Shown: positions 60,239-64,000 of the stretch, one piece after another
Layout of the letters: each line of letters opens with the position of its first letter
Position numbering within the stretch: position 1 is the stretch's first letter
Assembly: GCA_963595425.1 (NCBI GenBank)
Contig: CAVBHN010000011.1
Location: forward strand, 243-64,242
Origin: Faecalibacterium sp. CAG:74
GTDB taxonomy: Bacteria; Bacillota; Clostridia; Lachnospirales; Lachnospiraceae
DNA length: 64,000 nucleotides
Direction of reading: 5' to 3'
Position numbers and translations under genes: made by a program
The notes under the pieces: model-generated
Database searches by the model: none
Seen by the model: the letters and a program-made list of their open reading frames with translations, nothing else
What the model was told of the DNA's origin: nothing

Positions 60239-60255
60239 TATTTAAAAGATCTGGT

Positions 60256-60302
60256 CGCATTAAACTAAGACTGAATAGCTAATGTTTAATGCGGCTATTT
60301 TT
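60256..60302 (+). terminator. Intrinsic terminator after frr
   Basis: CGCATTAAAC ... GTTTAATGCG 10-bp stem followed by GCTATTTTT. Confidence 0.6.
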
Positions 60303-60316
60303 AAGGAGATTTATAT

Positions 60317-61018
60317 ATGCAAATACCGTCGCATATAGCTATAATTCTTGATGGAAACGGAAGGTGGGCTGTAAATAAAGGACTCCCCAGAAGCTATGGT
60401 CATGTTGTAGGGTGTGATAACCTGGAAAAAATGTGCACCGTAATTCAGAATTTGGGAGTTAAGTATCTTACAGTTTATGCTTTTTCAACCGAAAACTGGA
60501 AACGTTCACAGGCAGAGGTAGGTGTTTTGATGAATCTGTTCAGAAGATATCTGAAAAGACTTCTGAAGCGTGCTGAACGGGACAATATAAAAATTCAGGT
60601 TATCGGAAAAAGAGAAGGCTTGGCTCACGATATAATCAGGATAATAAATGAGCTTGAGGGAAATACAAAGGATAATACGGGAATGGTCTTTCTTATTTCG
60701 CTGAATTACGGAAGCCGTGATGAGATTATCAGAGGTATTTCCAAGCTTTCAAGGGATATTAAGGATGATAAAATAAAACCGGATGATATTTCAGAGGAGC
60801 TTTTCTCTAAATATCTTGATACAGCAGGTATACCGGATCCTGATCTTTTAATCAGAACCAGCGGTGAACTGCGCATATCTAATTTTATGCTTTGGCAGTT
60901 GGCTTATTCTGAAATGTATTTCACAGAAACACCGTGGCCTGATTTCAAAGAACCGCAGCTTATGAAGGCCATAGAAGCCTACAATGATAGAGACAGGAGA
61001 TATGGAAATGCAAAGTAA
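60317..61018 (+). CDS. uppS: Isoprenyl transferase (undecaprenyl-diphosphate synthase)
   Basis: HIAIILDGNGRWA, FSTENWKR, and RTSGELRISNFMLWQ motifs. Confidence 0.92.
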   Translation: MQIPSHIAIILDGNGRWAVNKGLPRSYGHVVGCDNLEKMCTVIQNLGVKYLTVYAFSTENWKRSQAEVGVLMNLFRRYLKRLLKRAERDNIKIQVIGKREGLAHDIIRIINELEGNTKDNTGMVFLISLNYGSRDEIIRGISKLSRDIKDDKIKPDDISEELFSKYLDTAGIPDPDLLIRTSGELRISNFMLWQLAYSEMYFTETPWPDFKEPQLMKAIEAYNDRDRRYGNAK

Positions 61019-61043
61019 TTCCATATCATGGAGATGATATTTT

Positions 61044-61853
61044 ATGTTTAAAACCAGACTTATAAGCGGAATCGTGCTTGTTGCTGCTGCATTATTACTT
61101 ATAATAAGCGGTGGATACATTTTATATTTTACAATGCTTATTTTATCACTGATTGCCGCAGGTGAGCTATATAGGGCTACAAGAGTTCGAGCAGACAAAC
61201 CCTTTGCACCTATGGATATAGCGGGTTATACAGCAATAGTACTTTATTATATAGCAATATTATTTTTGCCGAATGAGCTTTGGCTGTTATCTATAATATG
61301 CGGATTTCTTATCATAATGTTTGTATATGTATTCAGCTATCCAAGGTACAGTGCATTCCAAACAATGGCTACAGTGTTTGGAATAATATACTGTGGAGTT
61401 ATGCTTTCTTACATATATCAAACAAGGATGCTTCCGGGTCATGGAAGGTATCTTGTATGGCTTACATTCCTAAGTGCGTGGGGCTGTGACACCTGTGCAT
61501 ATTGTGTTGGATCGCTGATTGGAAAGCATAAAATGTCTCCGATTTTAAGCCCTAAGAAATCAATAGAGGGTGCTATAGGCGGTGTAGCGGGTGCAATTAT
61601 TCTGGGAATACTTTTTGCACTGTTAACACATGGATCACCTTTGATTTACGGAATAATATGCGGGGCAGGTGCAGTTATTTCCATGATAGGAGATCTTGCC
61701 GCATCGGCAATAAAGCGAAATATGGACATAAAGGATTACGGAAAACTTATTCCGGGGCATGGAGGCATACTCGACAGATTTGACAGCGTAATCTTTACTG
61801 CACCTGTTATTTATTATCTTTCATATTTACTGCTTGATTTTATTGCTTTTTAA
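61044..61853 (+). CDS. cdsA: Phosphatidate cytidylyltransferase
   Basis: Polytopic, with the C-terminal signature SAIKRNMDIKDYGKLIPGHGGILDRFDS. Confidence 0.9.
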   Translation: MFKTRLISGIVLVAAALLLIISGGYILYFTMLILSLIAAGELYRATRVRADKPFAPMDIAGYTAIVLYYIAILFLPNELWLLSIICGFLIIMFVYVFSYPRYSAFQTMATVFGIIYCGVMLSYIYQTRMLPGHGRYLVWLTFLSAWGCDTCAYCVGSLIGKHKMSPILSPKKSIEGAIGGVAGAIILGILFALLTHGSPLIYGIICGAGAVISMIGDLAASAIKRNMDIKDYGKLIPGHGGILDRFDSVIFTAPVIYYLSYLLLDFIAF

Positions 61854-61906
61854 TTTATGAGGACAAAAGCAGGTTATTGTTCTGAGTGTTTTAGTATGAG
61901 GTGAAA

Positions 61907-63070
61907 ATGAAAAAAATTGCTATTATGGGCTCAACCGGCTCCATTGGTACACAAACACTTGATATTATAAGAAAAAGAGATGATCTTCAGGTCTGTGCAC
62001 TTAGTGCCGGAAGGAATATCAATCTTTTAGAAAAACAGGCAAGAGAGTTCAAACCGGAGCTTATTGTTATAGAAAGCAGTGCAGATGCCGGCATTTTAAG
62101 GGCAGCTCTTAAGGACACAGATACAAAGGTTATGTCCGGGATGGATGGACTTATTGCTCTTGCCGAGATTAAAAGCTCGGATATTTTTGTAGGAGCTATA
62201 GTCGGTATGATAGGAATCAGACCTACTATACATGCAATAAAGGCAGGAAAGGATATTGCACTTGCAAATAAAGAGACATTAGTAACTGCCGGTCATATTA
62301 TTAAACCTTTGGTAAAGCAATATGGAGTAAAGCTTATCCCTGTAGACAGTGAGCATAGTGCGATTTTTCAGTGTCTTGAGGGAGCACCGAAAAATAATGA
62401 TAATGAGCGCATAATCCATAAGCTTTGGCTTACAGCATCAGGCGGGGCATTTCGCGGAAGGACACGCAGCGAATTAATTAATATAAAGGCTGAGGATGCA
62501 CTTGTAAATCCAAACTGGTCTATGGGCAATAAAGTAACAATAGACTCTGCTACACTTGTAAATAAAGGGCTGGAGGTAATGGAGGCACATTGGCTGTTTG
62601 ATGTAGATTATGATGATATAAATGTAATAATACAGCCTCAAAGTATTATTCATTCTATGGTTGAGTATATTGACGGAGCAGTAATCGCACAACTTGGGAC
62701 GCCTGATATGCATCTTCCTATTCAATATGCATTGCTTTATCCAAGACGTGAGACGTTATACTCACAAAGACTCGATTTTACAAAACTTGAAAAGATTATA
62801 TTTGAAAATCCGGATACAGAAACCTTTAAGGGATTGCCGCTGGCATATAAGGCCGGAAAATGCGGAGGATCGATGCCAACCGTTTTTAATGCAGCTAATG
62901 AGGCTGCTGTTGATAAATTTATGAGAGGAAGAATTGGCTTTTTGGACATCTATGACATAATTGACAGTTCAATGCAGAATCACTGTGTTTTAGAGAAGCC
63001 GTCATTAGATGAAATTCTTGAGGTAGAAGCTAAAACTCATGAATACATTGAAGGTAGGTGGAAGGATTGA
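61907..63070 (+). CDS. dxr: 1-deoxy-D-xylulose 5-phosphate reductoisomerase
   Basis: IMGSTGSIGTQTL, LANKETLV, DSEHSAIFQ, and NKGLEVMEA motifs. Confidence 0.92.
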   Translation: MKKIAIMGSTGSIGTQTLDIIRKRDDLQVCALSAGRNINLLEKQAREFKPELIVIESSADAGILRAALKDTDTKVMSGMDGLIALAEIKSSDIFVGAIVGMIGIRPTIHAIKAGKDIALANKETLVTAGHIIKPLVKQYGVKLIPVDSEHSAIFQCLEGAPKNNDNERIIHKLWLTASGGAFRGRTRSELINIKAEDALVNPNWSMGNKVTIDSATLVNKGLEVMEAHWLFDVDYDDINVIIQPQSIIHSMVEYIDGAVIAQLGTPDMHLPIQYALLYPRRETLYSQRLDFTKLEKIIFENPDTETFKGLPLAYKAGKCGGSMPTVFNAANEAAVDKFMRGRIGFLDIYDIIDSSMQNHCVLEKPSLDEILEVEAKTHEYIEGRWKD

Positions 63071-64000
63071 GATTTGTTATTGCATTACTGATTTTAAGTG
63101 GTGTTATAATTTTTCACGAGCTTGGACACTTTTTACTTGCAAAGCTTTCACATGTAAAGGTAAATGAGTTTGCATTTGGAATGGGACCAAGGATTCTTTC
63201 ACTAAAAAAGGGAGATACGGTTTATGCATGGAGGATTTTTCCTATAGGCGGAATGTGTGCTATGCAGGGAGAGGATGAGGATGACAGCTCTGAAGGAAGC
63301 TTTCAGAAAGCAACAGTTTGGCAAAAAATATTGATTGTTGCCGCAGGACCACTGTTTAATTTTTTGCTGGCACTTATTATTTCTCTTATTGTTATATTTT
63401 CTATAGGTGCCGATCCTTGTCGGATAACTTCTGTAGATCAAGCATCAGCGGCAGCGAAAGCAGGACTGCAGGAGGGAGATATAATCACAGCCTTTAATGG
63501 CGGTGGAGTATCAAACAGCCGTGAGCTTTATATGTATTTGATGCTTGATGGAATTCCGACAAATGAGATCAAACTATCATATGTTCGTGATGAAAAAAAA
63601 TACAGCATATCATATGTGCCGGATTATACCGAAAAATATCTGATCGGAATTAATTATTCTACATCATCAGAAGGCGGAATGGAAATTTCGGCTGTAAACA
63701 GCAATTCTCCGGCTGAAAAATCCGGATTACGGATTGGAGATATAATAACAGCCATCAATGGACAGGATATAAATAACAGTGAGGAATATACAAATTATAT
63801 TTCAGAGCATCCACTTGACGGCTCAGAAATTACGATTACATATTTAAGGGATAATATCAAAACGACTGTGAATATTACGCCAACATCAACCAAACAGGCT
63901 CAGGGTGGATTTAGCTTTAACATGGCCAGAGAGAAGATGGGCATTTTTGAATCCGTCAAATATGGATTTGGTGAGCTCAAATATTGGATTAATACTACAA
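63067..64000 (+). CDS. rseP: RIP metalloprotease RseP/YluC (site-2 protease, M50), 3' end outside the window; not in the supplied ORF track
   Basis: Open frame from TTG 63067 (or GTG 63058) to the window end: RFVIALLILSGVIIFHELGHF (HExxH), then PDZ-like repeats (AAKAGLQEGDIITAFNG, AEKSGLRIGDIITAING). Its position after dxr is conserved. Confidence 0.85.
   Translation, partial: MRFVIALLILSGVIIFHELGHFLLAKLSHVKVNEFAFGMGPRILSLKKGDTVYAWRIFPIGGMCAMQGEDEDDSSEGSFQKATVWQKILIVAAGPLFNFLLALIISLIVIFSIGADPCRITSVDQASAAAKAGLQEGDIITAFNGGGVSNSRELYMYLMLDGIPTNEIKLSYVRDEKKYSISYVPDYTEKYLIGINYSTSSEGGMEISAVNSNSPAEKSGLRIGDIITAINGQDINNSEEYTNYISEHPLDGSEITITYLRDNIKTTVNITPTSTKQAQGGFSFNMAREKMGIFESVKYGFGELKYWINTT

Noticed and set aside
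1-64000. CRISPR arrays, transposases/integrases, prophage genes, tRNA/rRNA genes, toxin-antitoxin or known defence systems
   Set aside because: I read all intergenic regions longer than 70 nt and all tracked ORFs. I found no regularly spaced direct repeats, no recombinase or nuclease-helicase defence signatures, and no tRNA-like sequences. By-eye scanning cannot exclude short dispersed repeats.

Overview
Low-GC (about 40%) Firmicutes/Clostridia-type chromosomal segment; a Lachnospiraceae-like origin is my inference from gene content and order. It is almost entirely core housekeeping, and nearly every gene is on the + strand. Gene content in order: split transketolase, GPH symporter and Zn-polyol dehydrogenase; pcrA; coaX-clpC; fba; pheST; queA-leuS; a one-carbon/folate island (fhs-folD-folT-folC-fchA); lepA-hemW-uvrA-mreB-recD2-comFC; cdaA-cdaR; rfbD; rpsO-pnp-dut; an aspartate kinase; and pyrH-frr-uppS-cdsA-dxr-rseP. 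The only minus-strand block (22.2-26.8 kb) holds two tandem aconitase-family small/large dehydratase pairs plus an AraC regulator. That regulator is divergent from a Gfo/Idh/MocA oxidoreductase, a xylose-isomerase-like TIM barrel and a GPH symporter. Three structured RNAs are absent from the ORF track: a ZTP (pfl) riboswitch before fhs, a THF riboswitch before folT, and a probable 6S RNA between fba and pheS, which a spurious 85-aa ORF masks. I found no CRISPR array, transposase, integrase, prophage, tRNA/rRNA or recognisable defence system. The best candidates for under-described biology are modest. They are the AraC/oxidoreductase/TIM-barrel/GPH sugar locus (possible 3-keto glycoside cleavage), the duplicated LeuCD-like dehydratases without leuA/leuB context, and two uncharacterised, translationally coupled membrane proteins just upstream of cdaA-cdaR. 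Other modest candidates are a non-T-box pheST leader and an unexplained structured lysC-pyrH spacer. All family calls come from motif recognition by eye; no database search was run.
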